DNA of 30,614 nucleotides from a virus (taxonomy: Duplodnaviria > Caudoviricetes): positions 1 through 30,614 of the IMG/VR virus record IMGVR_UViG_3300020044_007958, one strand, 5' to 3'. The position numbers were made by a program, and so were the translations under genes. Position 1 is the first letter of the stretch, and every line of letters begins with the position of its first letter. Below the pieces are notes generated by a model. That model did not search any database. It had not been told where the DNA came from and saw only the letters and a program-made list of their open reading frames with translations. Shown here one piece after another: positions 17,070-27,504 of this stretch.

Positions 17070-17562
17070 AAGCGCGGAGTTAATTGCTTTATTTGTGATT
17101 GACTTTATAAAGGCTGAGTTTGTGGCGCAAGGACATAGCAATACAGGTAAGTTAGAAGATAGTTTAACGTGGAAATTAGAGGGTAATAAGATTAATATTT
17201 ACGGTGTTGACTATGCGAAATGGGTTGAAAGTGGGCGCGAAAAAAAAGCTAAACGTATTCCGATTGATGCTTTGATTACGTGGGTAGAACAAAGAGGGAT
17301 TGCAAGTGGAGATAAAGAGGTAAAAAATGTTGCATTTGCAATACAAAATGCAATTTTTCAGCATGGAAGTCCAACACCAAACAGTTTAAGCCCTGAGTTT
17401 ACAAGCAATGGAAGAAGAGATAAATTTATTACCTATGCCATAAGCGAAAACGAAAAAGCTATTTTCGATAAGATTTCGGACGTAATGGGTAGTATGATAG
17501 TGGGGCAATTTGAAGACATGATGCAAGAAGCAAGAAGATTATATTTTAATAATAAAAAATAA
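17053..17562 (+). CDS. Putative tail completion/morphogenesis protein (HK97 gp10-like)
   Basis: TGKLEDSL, DYAKWVESGR and AFAI motifs. Confidence 0.65.
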   Translation: MNMENKSAELIALFVIDFIKAEFVAQGHSNTGKLEDSLTWKLEGNKINIYGVDYAKWVESGREKKAKRIPIDALITWVEQRGIASGDKEVKNVAFAIQNAIFQHGSPTPNSLSPEFTSNGRRDKFITYAISENEKAIFDKISDVMGSMIVGQFEDMMQEARRLYFNNKK

Positions 17563-17567
17563 AGATT

Positions 17568-18698
17568 ATGCCATTAACTTTTGTGGGTGCTTTCGGCACT
17601 CAATTCGTAACAGAAAAAAGAGCGGTGCAAGTTACAACGGATAACGCACTTGTGATTGAATGTAAACTTGAAATACAAATAGGAAGCGAATTTATACACG
17701 TTTCGCAATTACCTGATTTGGGCACTAGCAACACTTTTACGTTTGAAATAAATACTATTTTACGTAACTACTTAAAAGCTGAATTATTGCCATTAACAGC
17801 TGGAAGTGTTAATAGCGAAATGGCTTTGGTTTATGGTGTAGGCTTTTATGGTACGGATGCAAATGGAACAACAATTTCGGGCGAAGTTGTTGGCGGTGGA
17901 GGTTCTACTATTGCTTATAATATTTCACAAGATGAATTTACAACACTTAACTTATCTAACTATACCAATAACGGTACAGGCGACAATACAAGGTTGCTAT
18001 TAACAGACTACGCAAACCCTAGAAAGGCTATTAGAAATGGTTACGGTTGTATTTCTTCATTAATTACAACAACTTCACAGCGTTGGATAGTTATTTCTAC
18101 TGATGATGATTTGAATATAATTGGTGAGCAGTCTATAACTCCTGTTGGAACGAATATAAGCACTGTTGTGTATGGAAGCAGTTTAGTATATCAATTTGGC
18201 GGTTTAGCTACGAAGTTTTTTATTTTTTTAGCCGATAACGGAGGGGGCGCTGGTTTTTCAAAAACTTATCGTAGCAAGATTTACAGCTTTGAAGTAGTTG
18301 ATACACCTTGTAACTATTTGGAGTTGTTTTGGGTTAACCAATTTGGTGTAATGGAAACATGGCTATTTGATACAAACTATTCCGATAGCACCCAAATCGA
18401 CAAAAAAAGCTTTTTAAAAAATAGACCAGTAAATCCGAGTGCATTAGATAGAGGTCAAGATAATTACAAAGTTGAAAGTGTGCGTCGTTTTAGGGTTTGG
18501 AGCGATTACGAAAGTATGGAAACGATAAAGTTTTTAAATTCTATTGCATTAAGTCCACAAGTAGCGATAAAGGTTAACGGTGCTTTAGTGCCTGTAATTG
18601 TAGAAAATCCGAGCGTAGATAACTTCAACTATCATGAACCTATCAATCGTATTACTTTTGATTTAGTGTTAGCTAATAAACGTATAAATGTAGTGTAA
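17568..18698 (+). CDS. Tail tip structural protein (distal tail-like)
   Basis: C-terminal LFWVNQFG..ETWLF..SPQV motif, which I recognise from Bacteroidetes siphovirus structural genes. Confidence 0.55.
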   Translation: MPLTFVGAFGTQFVTEKRAVQVTTDNALVIECKLEIQIGSEFIHVSQLPDLGTSNTFTFEINTILRNYLKAELLPLTAGSVNSEMALVYGVGFYGTDANGTTISGEVVGGGGSTIAYNISQDEFTTLNLSNYTNNGTGDNTRLLLTDYANPRKAIRNGYGCISSLITTTSQRWIVISTDDDLNIIGEQSITPVGTNISTVVYGSSLVYQFGGLATKFFIFLADNGGGAGFSKTYRSKIYSFEVVDTPCNYLELFWVNQFGVMETWLFDTNYSDSTQIDKKSFLKNRPVNPSALDRGQDNYKVESVRRFRVWSDYESMETIKFLNSIALSPQVAIKVNGALVPVIVENPSVDNFNYHEPINRITFDLVLANKRINVV

Positions 18699-21001
18699 TG
18701 AATGAGATACAAGTTTACATAATTGGAAAAGGGTATTTAGATTTGTTGGAGCAAACTAATTTTCCTTTGGTAATTAACAAATCCATTGCTAATATTTCGG
18801 ATATTTCTGCAAGGGATAGTACATTTTCGTACGATTTTGAAATTCCTAATAATACGAATAACAATAAAATATTGTTTGGCGCTGAATATGTTAACGCAAC
18901 GGATAAGGCTATTTTAGGTAAACAAGATGCTGTAATATTGCTAAATGGTGCTGAATATGAACGCGGATTTGTAGAGGTTAAGATTAGCAAGTATTTAGAT
19001 AAGTACGTTTGTAATTTTTTCGGTGGAAATGCTGAATGGGTGGAGCTGGGGAATGAGTTATTAGTTAAGGATTTGGGTTTTTCGCCTGATATTACAACGT
19101 ATGATTTAGCAACTATCAACACGCAAAACGGAGGAAACGCAACGAATAAAGATTATGCGTTCCCAATAGTTGACCGTAACACCGCGCCAACGGATTTATT
19201 AAATTCGCGACCTGTATTTTATGTTAAAAGTATATTTGAACGTTTTTTTGATAGTATAGGTTACACGATTGAAAGCGACTTTTTAAATAGCAAATTTGTA
19301 TTAGGCGAAAGTGATAGCAACAACAAAGGTTTAGCTGTTGATTTGGGTTGTAATTATGAGTTTGATGATATAGATATAAGCGATACAATATCCAAATGGA
19401 AAGCTACTACAAATAATATAGGTACGGAGTTTGAGCTATATAAAGATGCCTACCCTGATACCGATAAGAGAACTACTGCTGAGTTAAACAAAGATTATAC
19501 TTTAAAAATAGAAGATGAAAACGATTTGTTTGCGCCAACTGTTGGGTATATTGCACCAAAAAAAGGGTATTACACTTTTATTTTTAATTTTTCTAATTCT
19601 TCTGTTACAAGTGCGAATTTTGGCACATCTACTGAATGGAAAAACTACCGTCCCGAAATTAATATTGAGTTAAGAAAAGATAACGGAGAGCCTTTTATTT
19701 CATTATGGGATATTGCAGACAAACAGCCAGTAAATAATTTAACTTATTTTAGTGGAATGCGCGTAACTTTAAACGCTTTTTTAGAGGAAAACGACAAAGT
19801 AAAATTTAGATTAGTTTGGGATGGCAAATTGTTAGATGGTACGGATAGAAGCAACATTATAAACGATCCTTATTGGTTTAAATTTTGGCAAATTCCGAAT
19901 ACTTTTCAAATCCAAAGAAAATCAAAGATAGAAGAGGGTGACCAGTACCAAATCAGTAGTGTAATTCCTAAGGACATGAAAGCTTTTGAGTTAATAAGCG
20001 ACTTTAAGTTACTTTTTAATTTGTACTTTGAAGCAGACATTAAAACAAAAGTTGTAAAGATAGAGCCAAGAAACGCATGGAAGGACGCCGATTTTGATGA
20101 TGTAAACGGATACTATAAGAGCGTTGGTTTAGCTACAAATTGGACTAACTTAATAGATTTGAATTTTGCACCCGAAATACATACCGAGTTGCCTTATAAT
20201 CGTACATTGATTTATCGATACAAAAAAGATAGTAACGATAAATGGCTTGAACAATGGGAGCGCAACAACAATAGAACTTATGCGGAATATCGAACGGATT
20301 TAAACAAACCCGATCCTTTAAGTGCAGACTTAAAAAGATTTCCAAACGGCGAAACTGTTTTTGAAACTACATTATTAGCACCTACTATACAGGGAGAGAG
20401 CGGAAATAGCCAAACAGTTACCTCTATTATACGCGCTGAATATTCGCCTTTAAATGGATTAGATGCCGAACAGCCTACACCAAATAACAGATATGCACCG
20501 CGCATAGGGTGGTTTGCAAATGATGTTTTCCTAATGGAAGCGTTTAACGGTGTTGCACCATTTGAGAGCACCGCGACAAAGTTAACTTTTAATGGCACTA
20601 GCGGACTTATTGATAAGTTTTGGGGTAAGACTTTAAGCAATTTAATTAATGCTGTTACGCTTAAAGTAAACGTTAATTTAAACAAGATTGCTTTAAGAAG
20701 TTTTGATTTTTCAAAGCCTGTTTATATTGATGCACCGCAACAAATTAAAGGTTATTATGTTGTTATGAGTTTGGAGGCTAACTTGATGAATGATAGTTTG
20801 GTTTCTGCTGAATTACTGTACTACAAAGACTATGCACCGATTACCATAGACCCGAGCCAAGCAACTAATATAAACCCAAACAAGCAACAGCAACAAATTG
20901 CACCGCCAAACTACGTGCTTTATGAAACAGAAACAGGACAATTAATTAACGTTTTGGATGAAGACGATAACGGAAATTTACTAACTTTGCTTTACGACTA
21001 A
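18698..21001 (+). CDS. Tail tip/baseplate hub-like structural protein
   Basis: LDL..SIANISDISARDSTFSYDFEIP..NNK N-terminal motif; TAATG coupling with the upstream gene. Confidence 0.65.
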   Translation: MNEIQVYIIGKGYLDLLEQTNFPLVINKSIANISDISARDSTFSYDFEIPNNTNNNKILFGAEYVNATDKAILGKQDAVILLNGAEYERGFVEVKISKYLDKYVCNFFGGNAEWVELGNELLVKDLGFSPDITTYDLATINTQNGGNATNKDYAFPIVDRNTAPTDLLNSRPVFYVKSIFERFFDSIGYTIESDFLNSKFVLGESDSNNKGLAVDLGCNYEFDDIDISDTISKWKATTNNIGTEFELYKDAYPDTDKRTTAELNKDYTLKIEDENDLFAPTVGYIAPKKGYYTFIFNFSNSSVTSANFGTSTEWKNYRPEINIELRKDNGEPFISLWDIADKQPVNNLTYFSGMRVTLNAFLEENDKVKFRLVWDGKLLDGTDRSNIINDPYWFKFWQIPNTFQIQRKSKIEEGDQYQISSVIPKDMKAFELISDFKLLFNLYFEADIKTKVVKIEPRNAWKDADFDDVNGYYKSVGLATNWTNLIDLNFAPEIHTELPYNRTLIYRYKKDSNDKWLEQWERNNNRTYAEYRTDLNKPDPLSADLKRFPNGETVFETTLLAPTIQGESGNSQTVTSIIRAEYSPLNGLDAEQPTPNNRYAPRIGWFANDVFLMEAFNGVAPFESTATKLTFNGTSGLIDKFWGKTLSNLINAVTLKVNVNLNKIALRSFDFSKPVYIDAPQQIKGYYVVMSLEANLMNDSLVSAELLYYKDYAPITIDPSQATNINPNKQQQQIAPPNYVLYETETGQLINVLDEDDNGNLLTLLYD

Positions 21002-21019
21002 TAAATAAAATCTATAAAA

Positions 21020-23671
21020 ATGGAAAACGAATTAATTTACTCTATACGATTAGACGGAGCAGATGAAAATATAAAAACCTTAGTTGAACAAAAAAGGGTG
21101 TTGGCTGATTTGGGTAAGGAGCAAAAAAGATTAAAAAAGGAACAAATTGATTTAGAAAAAAACCTAGCAAAACAACTAGAGGAGGGGACTATTACTCAGG
21201 AGCAATACAACGAAGCTATAAAGCTTAACATTACGCAACAGGTCCAAGTTGAAAGCAACACGAAAAAAGTTCGTGAAGCTATGCGTTTGCAAGAAGCAAC
21301 GGTAATGGCTAATGTAAAGGCAACGGATAAAGCAACAGGAAGCATAAACCAATTAAGTGCACAACTATCTAAAGCTAAAAACGATTATAAAAATTTGTCG
21401 GCGGAGGAGCGGAACAGCGCAAAAGGTCAAGAATTATTAAAGCACATTCAAGATTTGGACTCTGAATATAAGGAGTTGCACGTTTCAATCGGCAACACTC
21501 AAGTAATGGTAGGTAGTTATCAAGATGCTGTTAATAGTTTGTTGCCTGTTATGGGTGGGTTGGGCGGACAAATACAGGGTGTAATGGGGCAACTAAACCA
21601 AATAAAAACAGCGTTAACAGGTGCTGGCACTGCGATGAAAGGGTATGCAGTTGCGACAAGTGGAGGATCAAACGCATTAAAAATATTCAAAATTGCTTTG
21701 ATTTCAACAGGGGTGGGGGCAATAGTAGTTGCTTTAGGTTCGTTAATCGGTGCATTTCTATCTACTCAAAGGGGAATTGATGCGGTTAACAAAGTGCTTA
21801 CACCTTTAAAAGAAGTGTTTGCAACATTAGTTGGTTTCTTACAAACAAAAGCCTTAGCAATATTTGACCGGTTAAAGGAAGCGATTAACAATCCAAAACA
21901 AGCGTTTAGCGACTTGTTAGACTTTATTAAAACAAATGTAACTAACAGATTTAACGGTTTAATTCAATTTTTCAAAGGTTGGGTGGGTGTATTCGTTAAT
22001 AGCTGGAAGGTATTAGGATTAAACATTAAAAAGGCCACGAATGATATTCCATTTATCGGTGCTGGTTTGGGCAAAGATGCTTTAAAAAAATTAGACGCGG
22101 ATATTGAAAAAGCAAAGGATAGTGTTAAGAAAGGTGTTAAGGATATGGCGGACGGTTTTATAGCTGTTAATACAGGAATTGCCAATGGAACAGATAAGTT
22201 AAAAGGAATGGTTAACGATGCCGTTAAAGGGTCAAAAGTTGCGATTGAAAGAGGTAAGCAAATACAAGCTTTAACGGAAAAAATCCGACAAAGTGAAATG
22301 ACTTACAAGCGTGATATGGCACAAAATAACTTGTTAGCTGAAAAAATGAAGTTTATTTTGGAAGATGAAACCAAAAGCATGGCTGAAAGAAATAAGGCTG
22401 GTAAGGAGTATTTAAGGCTAATAACAGAAAGTGGAAAAAGGGAGATTGATATAACTAACATGAAAGTTAAATTGATGAAACTTGAAGAGGAAGCGAACGA
22501 TACAAGCGACGAGCAAAAACAAGAGCGATATGATTTAGAAGCCGAAAGCATGGAAAAATTAGCTGGTTTAACTGGTAGGCAAATCGAGGTGCGAAACAAG
22601 TTAAACGCTATGGAAAAAGATGCTGTAACAAAACAAGCTGAAGCACAAAAAAAGTTAGCTGAGGATAAAGCAAAAGCCGATGAAGAAGCGCGAAAACTAG
22701 CAGAAGAAAACGCTAAAACAGAAATAGAAAGAAGCAAGGCGATTGCCGAGCAGAAAATTAGGGATTTAGAATTTGAGCAAAAAAAAGAAAAATTACTTTT
22801 TGCAGGTACTAAGGCGGAAGAGTTTGAAATGGAAAAAAAGCATTTAGCACAAATGTTGGATTTAAAATTGCAATACGCAAAGGTAGGAAATGAAGATACT
22901 TTGGAATTGCAAAGAGATAACCAGTTGGCTGTTTTTGAGTTGGAACAACAACAAAACCAATACTTAGCAGAAAGCCGAAAAAAGGCACAAGAAGAACAAG
23001 CAAACTCGTTAAAAGCTGAACGATTAGCGTTGATCAATAGTATTACGCAAAATGCTGAAAAGTTGCAAGGCACATTATTCACTAACGAAAAAAACAGAAT
23101 AGAGCGCACGACAAAACGCGAGATTGAAGCGTTAACATTAAGGCGACAAGCTGGAGAAATTAGCGCGGAAGAGTTTGAGAAAAAGCGGTTGGAAATTGAC
23201 AAAAGAGCGTTTGAGAAGAAAAAGAAAATGGATAGTAGGGAAGCCGTGATAAATGGTATTGTTGCAATTTCAAAGATTTTTGCGCAACGTGGTTTTTTAC
23301 TTGCTTTGCCTGAGGTTATTGCAATGGGGGCACAAACAGCTACACAAGTAGCGCAAATACAATCCCAAAAGTTTAGATTTGGTGGTAATGTGGGTGGCAA
23401 ATCACACTCGCAAGGGGGCACAATGATAGAAGCCGAAAAAGGGGAAGCTATAATTATGAAAGAAGCCGTAAATCCTGTTACTGCTCCAATATTATCGGCT
23501 ATAAATCAAAGCTACGGCGGTGCTCCGATTGAAGCTTTAAACAGCTTTAGAGGTGGTGCAAGTGCCCCGACGCAAATGCAAACACAAACTATTGAAGTCG
23601 TGAATGTTGCAACTGATACCAATAAAATTGCAAACCGAGTTAAAAATTTGCAAAATTCAAGAAGATTTTAG
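21020..23671 (+). CDS. Tape measure protein
   Basis: 883 aa, coiled-coil and Ala-rich; GSINQL..VGSY, ALISTGVGAIVVALG and C-terminal GG.VGG.SH.QGG..IEAE.GE motifs. Confidence 0.88.
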   Translation: MENELIYSIRLDGADENIKTLVEQKRVLADLGKEQKRLKKEQIDLEKNLAKQLEEGTITQEQYNEAIKLNITQQVQVESNTKKVREAMRLQEATVMANVKATDKATGSINQLSAQLSKAKNDYKNLSAEERNSAKGQELLKHIQDLDSEYKELHVSIGNTQVMVGSYQDAVNSLLPVMGGLGGQIQGVMGQLNQIKTALTGAGTAMKGYAVATSGGSNALKIFKIALISTGVGAIVVALGSLIGAFLSTQRGIDAVNKVLTPLKEVFATLVGFLQTKALAIFDRLKEAINNPKQAFSDLLDFIKTNVTNRFNGLIQFFKGWVGVFVNSWKVLGLNIKKATNDIPFIGAGLGKDALKKLDADIEKAKDSVKKGVKDMADGFIAVNTGIANGTDKLKGMVNDAVKGSKVAIERGKQIQALTEKIRQSEMTYKRDMAQNNLLAEKMKFILEDETKSMAERNKAGKEYLRLITESGKREIDITNMKVKLMKLEEEANDTSDEQKQERYDLEAESMEKLAGLTGRQIEVRNKLNAMEKDAVTKQAEAQKKLAEDKAKADEEARKLAEENAKTEIERSKAIAEQKIRDLEFEQKKEKLLFAGTKAEEFEMEKKHLAQMLDLKLQYAKVGNEDTLELQRDNQLAVFELEQQQNQYLAESRKKAQEEQANSLKAERLALINSITQNAEKLQGTLFTNEKNRIERTTKREIEALTLRRQAGEISAEEFEKKRLEIDKRAFEKKKKMDSREAVINGIVAISKIFAQRGFLLALPEVIAMGAQTATQVAQIQSQKFRFGGNVGGKSHSQGGTMIEAEKGEAIIMKEAVNPVTAPILSAINQSYGGAPIEALNSFRGGASAPTQMQTQTIEVVNVATDTNKIANRVKNLQNSRRF

Positions 23672-23682
23672 AAAAAAACTAT

Positions 23683-23690
23683 TAACTTTG
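23683..23690 (+). promoter_or_regulatory. -7 promoter (TAACTTTG) for the major tail gene
   Basis: Consensus match 28 bp before ATG 23719. Confidence 0.6.
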
Positions 23691-23718
23691 AAAAAATATA
23701 AATTTAAACTATAAAAAT

Positions 23719-24300
23719 ATGTCTTGTTCTGTACTAACAAATTTAACAATCGGATGTGCTGATGAAACCGCTAATGCTGGTTTTTCAAAAATGTACATCA
23801 AAGCAGATGCGGAAGTAACTGCTGTAACTTTTGGTTCATCTACTGCCCACACTGTAACAGGTGTAACATTAGCAGACGGTGCTGTATTCATTGAATTAAA
23901 CGGTCGCTTTGCAACTAAATCAATTGCTTCGGAAGTGGCAAAAGAAAACGGAGGTGCAATGTACACCCACACTTTAGAGGTTTTTGTGCCTAAGGTAGAA
24001 AAAACAAAAGCGGAATTTTTAGCTAATTTAGATAAAATACGCGGTGTAATTGCTATTGTTGAAATGTACGAGGGTGCTGGTTCTAACAAGCAAGGTTTGT
24101 TTTTTGGCTGGGATAAGAAAATCGGGAAAGATGCTTTCTTGAAACCTCAAATTTCGCAAATGGTTGAAGCAACTATCAACGGACAGAATGGTTACATGGT
24201 GCAATTTGTGGGTAATTCAACAGAATTAACACGCGAGTTTATCGGAACAATTACAGTTGAAGACGGTTCTACTGGTACAAGTGTAGTTATCGGTTCTTAA
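23719..24300 (+). CDS. Major tail tube protein (putative)
   Basis: MSC......GC start, ENGG..YTHTL and NGY motifs typical of Bacteroidetes phage tube proteins. Confidence 0.7.
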   Translation: MSCSVLTNLTIGCADETANAGFSKMYIKADAEVTAVTFGSSTAHTVTGVTLADGAVFIELNGRFATKSIASEVAKENGGAMYTHTLEVFVPKVEKTKAEFLANLDKIRGVIAIVEMYEGAGSNKQGLFFGWDKKIGKDAFLKPQISQMVEATINGQNGYMVQFVGNSTELTREFIGTITVEDGSTGTSVVIGS

Positions 24301-24317
24301 TCTTAAAAACATTAACA

Positions 24318-24476
24318 ATGGAAAAGATAAAAAGAAAATACATTGTTAAACCAAAATACAAGAATTGCCGAGTGTGTTGTGCACTCGGTGTTTTTGTTTT
24401 GGATGACAAAATAAGCCAAAAAAACTTAAAACTTTTGTACGAAAATGAGCACCACGACAAAATTGATTACTGCTAG
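24318..24476 (+). CDS. Small hypothetical protein (52 aa, MEKIKRKYIVKPKYKNC...SQKNLKLLYE...), not in the ORF track
   Basis: Hand-translated; fills the gap and overlaps the next gene. Confidence 0.65.
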   Translation: MEKIKRKYIVKPKYKNCRVCCALGVFVLDDKISQKNLKLLYENEHHDKIDYC

Positions 24477-24936
24477 TGAATTAAAAAGTATTGTTACTAT
24501 TGACCAGACTATTGACCCGTTTTGGTTCGATAGAGAAATTTTGTTTTGTCAGGAAGTTTACTTGAAACCTGTATTAACAGAGGAACTTTACTACTCTATT
24601 TTAACCGATTACGCAACACCGCCATTAAGCGCAAATAACCAAATACTTTATGATAGGTATTTAAAATTTATAGTTGCTAATGGTACTGCTTTTCGTTCAA
24701 TTGTTGGTAATATCGAAACTCAAACAAGTAATCAAGGGGTTGAAGTTAATCGTACGGAGTATTCCAATAGTAAGGCAATTGATGATAAAAGACAAGCCAA
24801 CTTATTGTACAACAAAGTGTTTTACTACCAAAATCAATTAGGCAATTTCCTTATTAATAACGCGGTTGATTATCCTAATTTTGACCAAACACAAATATGT
24901 TTAACTCCTGAATTTGGTTACTTTACAAATATTTAA
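24445..24936 (+). CDS. Putative head-tail connector (DUF6712-like)
   Basis: LITASELK..Q.VYLKPVL.EELY..YLK..FL..N..DYP pattern. Confidence 0.6.
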   Translation: MSTTTKLITASELKSIVTIDQTIDPFWFDREILFCQEVYLKPVLTEELYYSILTDYATPPLSANNQILYDRYLKFIVANGTAFRSIVGNIETQTSNQGVEVNRTEYSNSKAIDDKRQANLLYNKVFYYQNQLGNFLINNAVDYPNFDQTQICLTPEFGYFTNI

Positions 24937-24938
24937 TT

Positions 24939-26954
24939 ATGAGTAGCAATTTACATAGAAATAGCACCGAAGCAAACAAACACACTCCTAAAGGGTTTGA
25001 TTTATCTGTTAATAATTCTCGATTAGTACGTGATGAACGCGGACAAAGTCGCTATATTGACAACTTGCTAAACGAGAGAGCCGAAAATTTAGTTGACGGA
25101 AACAGCGCACCACCGACAACAACGGAGGGGCACGTTTATGTTTTAATTGATGAGGGTTCGGGTAGTGTTCATGTTGATTGGCAAGGCGCGAATTATAACG
25201 ATATTGTAAGGGTGCAAGGCGGTGTATGGGGTGTTATTACTCCTGTGAGTGGCTATTTGATTTTGAATAAAACAGACAATAAATATTACAAATTTAATGG
25301 TACGATTTGGGAGGAATTTATCCCCGATAGCGAAAACATTTACACGAATAACGGCACAACAGGAAGCAATAGGACAGTAACCATTACAGACGTTTTAAAT
25401 TTTAACGGTGGTAAGGTGGCTTTAAATTCCACTGCTAACGGCTTTCTAATGAACAGGGTCACAACTCTTCAAATGAATAGCATCGCAACACCGAGCACCA
25501 ACGAACTTGTATTTAATACAGATTTAAATGGTTTATACAGATACAATGGTAGTTCATGGGTTGCTTTATCAAGTGGTTACGGAATTATAGGAGTTTACTC
25601 AGGGAGTGGCAACGGTACGCCAACGTTTTTCGCAGATTTACAAAGTGCATTAGAAACTTGTAAAGCAAGTGGAGGGTATTTTACAGTTAAGTTGTATAGT
25701 AATATTACTATTACAAGTGCTATTGAAATAGATTATACAGGTGCAGGAGTTGGTAAATCGTATTTATTTAGGCAATTAACTATTGACTTTAACGGTTTTA
25801 GTGTTACAAATGCACAGGCTAATACTACGGATGCTTTTACTTTACAACTGAGTAATACGGCTAGTGTGTATCAGGAGGTAAGGTTAATTAATGGAAATAT
25901 TATTAGAACTAATGGTACAGGAACTCATAGGGCTATAAAATGCAATCAATCAGGGAGGGTTGGTATTCTAACAATGAGCGCAATGAATGTGTATTGTGAA
26001 AATGGAACTGCATTAGCTTACTCTTTAGAAACTATACATTCAGCGCAACGAAATATAAACTTTTCCGATTTAGGTGGAAGTAAGTTTGTTAGTTTAAATT
26101 CTTACGCCTTAGATATTTCTACAAGTGGTGTGGGGAACAGATTTGATTTAAGAAATTTTAGTGCCGTATCTTACGGAAGCGTTGAAACGGTTTATATTAA
26201 CATTTTCACTCTTCCAAGTTCGGTGTCTAATTTTACTTGTGAAAATTTAGGCACAGGGATAGGTTTAAACGCGCTAGGAACGACTGCAAGTATATATGAT
26301 TTTACTGCAAAGTCAAATAGCGGTACAGCATTATATATTACAACTGCTAAAGAATTATACAATTTCAAAGCTATTTCGGTAAGTGGTTTTGCTATTGATG
26401 TGCAAAGTTTTCCGAGTTGTACGATTGATAATTTTACAGCAATAACAGGAAATGAACGATGTGTTAGAGTAGGTGCAAGTTTTGACAATTCTACGAGTAT
26501 AACAAATGGTAAATGTGTGAATAATAGCAGTAATTATTGCTTTGCGGTTAATAACCCGAACGTAGTTCATAACATTGAAGTTATTAATCTAGGTAGTGGC
26601 ATAGGGGCAATTTTAGACAATTTTCAAGGCTCACGTTCCGAAATAACAAATTGCAAATTTACATCAATTGGAGGTATAGCAGGAGAACTTTATTCAAGTT
26701 CAGGGCACGTATTGAAAATAAGCAATTCATCTTTTACCTCGCATTGGAATAACGCAGGAGGGCACGCAGTTAGATTGATGAATACATCAACTGTTATGTT
26801 GAGTAATTGCCATTTTAACGTTCGTAATTCGGGAGCTAATGTAATTAATTCAACAGTAGCAAGAAACCTTAAATCATTCGGGAACACTCACAACGAAGTA
26901 GCAACTACACCAATTAACGCAAATGTAACAATAACAGCTTTAGCAAGTTTTTAA
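24939..26954 (+). CDS. Tail fibre/tailspike with a predicted beta-helix C-terminus
   Basis: DUF2793-like N-terminal module; GFLMNRVTT..LVFNTD..YNGSSW motif; N/S/T/G-rich repeats such as 'I.NF.A.S..G.A'. Confidence 0.8.
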   Translation: MSSNLHRNSTEANKHTPKGFDLSVNNSRLVRDERGQSRYIDNLLNERAENLVDGNSAPPTTTEGHVYVLIDEGSGSVHVDWQGANYNDIVRVQGGVWGVITPVSGYLILNKTDNKYYKFNGTIWEEFIPDSENIYTNNGTTGSNRTVTITDVLNFNGGKVALNSTANGFLMNRVTTLQMNSIATPSTNELVFNTDLNGLYRYNGSSWVALSSGYGIIGVYSGSGNGTPTFFADLQSALETCKASGGYFTVKLYSNITITSAIEIDYTGAGVGKSYLFRQLTIDFNGFSVTNAQANTTDAFTLQLSNTASVYQEVRLINGNIIRTNGTGTHRAIKCNQSGRVGILTMSAMNVYCENGTALAYSLETIHSAQRNINFSDLGGSKFVSLNSYALDISTSGVGNRFDLRNFSAVSYGSVETVYINIFTLPSSVSNFTCENLGTGIGLNALGTTASIYDFTAKSNSGTALYITTAKELYNFKAISVSGFAIDVQSFPSCTIDNFTAITGNERCVRVGASFDNSTSITNGKCVNNSSNYCFAVNNPNVVHNIEVINLGSGIGAILDNFQGSRSEITNCKFTSIGGIAGELYSSSGHVLKISNSSFTSHWNNAGGHAVRLMNTSTVMLSNCHFNVRNSGANVINSTVARNLKSFGNTHNEVATTPINANVTITALASF

Positions 26955-26972
26955 AAATAAAATAATATAGAT

Positions 26973-27374
26973 ATGACAAATAAAATTTGGAATTACGGAC
27001 AAGAAAACGGATTAGAAAAAAGGTTAGTTTTAAAAGGGTTTACATTCATAGAGGATGAATTAATGACAATCTTTTTAAGGGAGGAATTACTTGCACCTAA
27101 TGGGGCGGTAATTAGCCATAAACCAGCAGATTATCAAGTTATCAAAGGGCAAATATCAACGGATATAGGAGGGCAACCGCTACCTAAAAGAAACACAAAT
27201 GGCGAAATTATCTACCAAGTTGATGAAGAAGGTAATGTTACTGATATTCCAGAAGCAAGAGATAACGCATTTGAGAACATTGTTTTTTACATTGATAACA
27301 AGATATTTACAATTTATGAGTTGATTGATGCTGGGGTTGTTGAAAGGTTTAAATTAAACGAAAATGAAGCATAA
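26973..27374 (+). CDS. Hypothetical acidic protein, possibly a fibre chaperone
   Basis: 133 aa directly after the tail fibre gene. Confidence 0.7.
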   Translation: MTNKIWNYGQENGLEKRLVLKGFTFIEDELMTIFLREELLAPNGAVISHKPADYQVIKGQISTDIGGQPLPKRNTNGEIIYQVDEEGNVTDIPEARDNAFENIVFYIDNKIFTIYELIDAGVVERFKLNENEA

Positions 27375-27504
27375 TAGTAACTTTGAACGCGTGGCTTATA
27401 TTGTTTTAATGGGTATATTTTTCTACCTATTTGCAGTTAAATGCACCGCGAAAAAGATTGATTTAAAAAATAAACCTAACTACCCTTATTATATCGAAAA
27501 ATGA
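27364..27504 (+). CDS. Small membrane or lipoprotein candidate (46 aa), not in the ORF track
   Basis: MKHNSNFERVAYIVLMGIFFYLFAVKCTAKK...; overlaps both neighbours (ATGA coupling at its end). Confidence 0.65.
   Translation: MKHNSNFERVAYIVLMGIFFYLFAVKCTAKKIDLKNKPNYPYYIEK

Noticed and set aside
22303-23421. 372-aa antisense ORF
   Set aside because: Shadow of the K/E/A-rich tape measure gene, with an S/F/L-rich composition and no motif.
24939-27374. Diversity-generating retroelement at the tail fibre
   Set aside because: No reverse transcriptase and no template/variable repeat pair seen.
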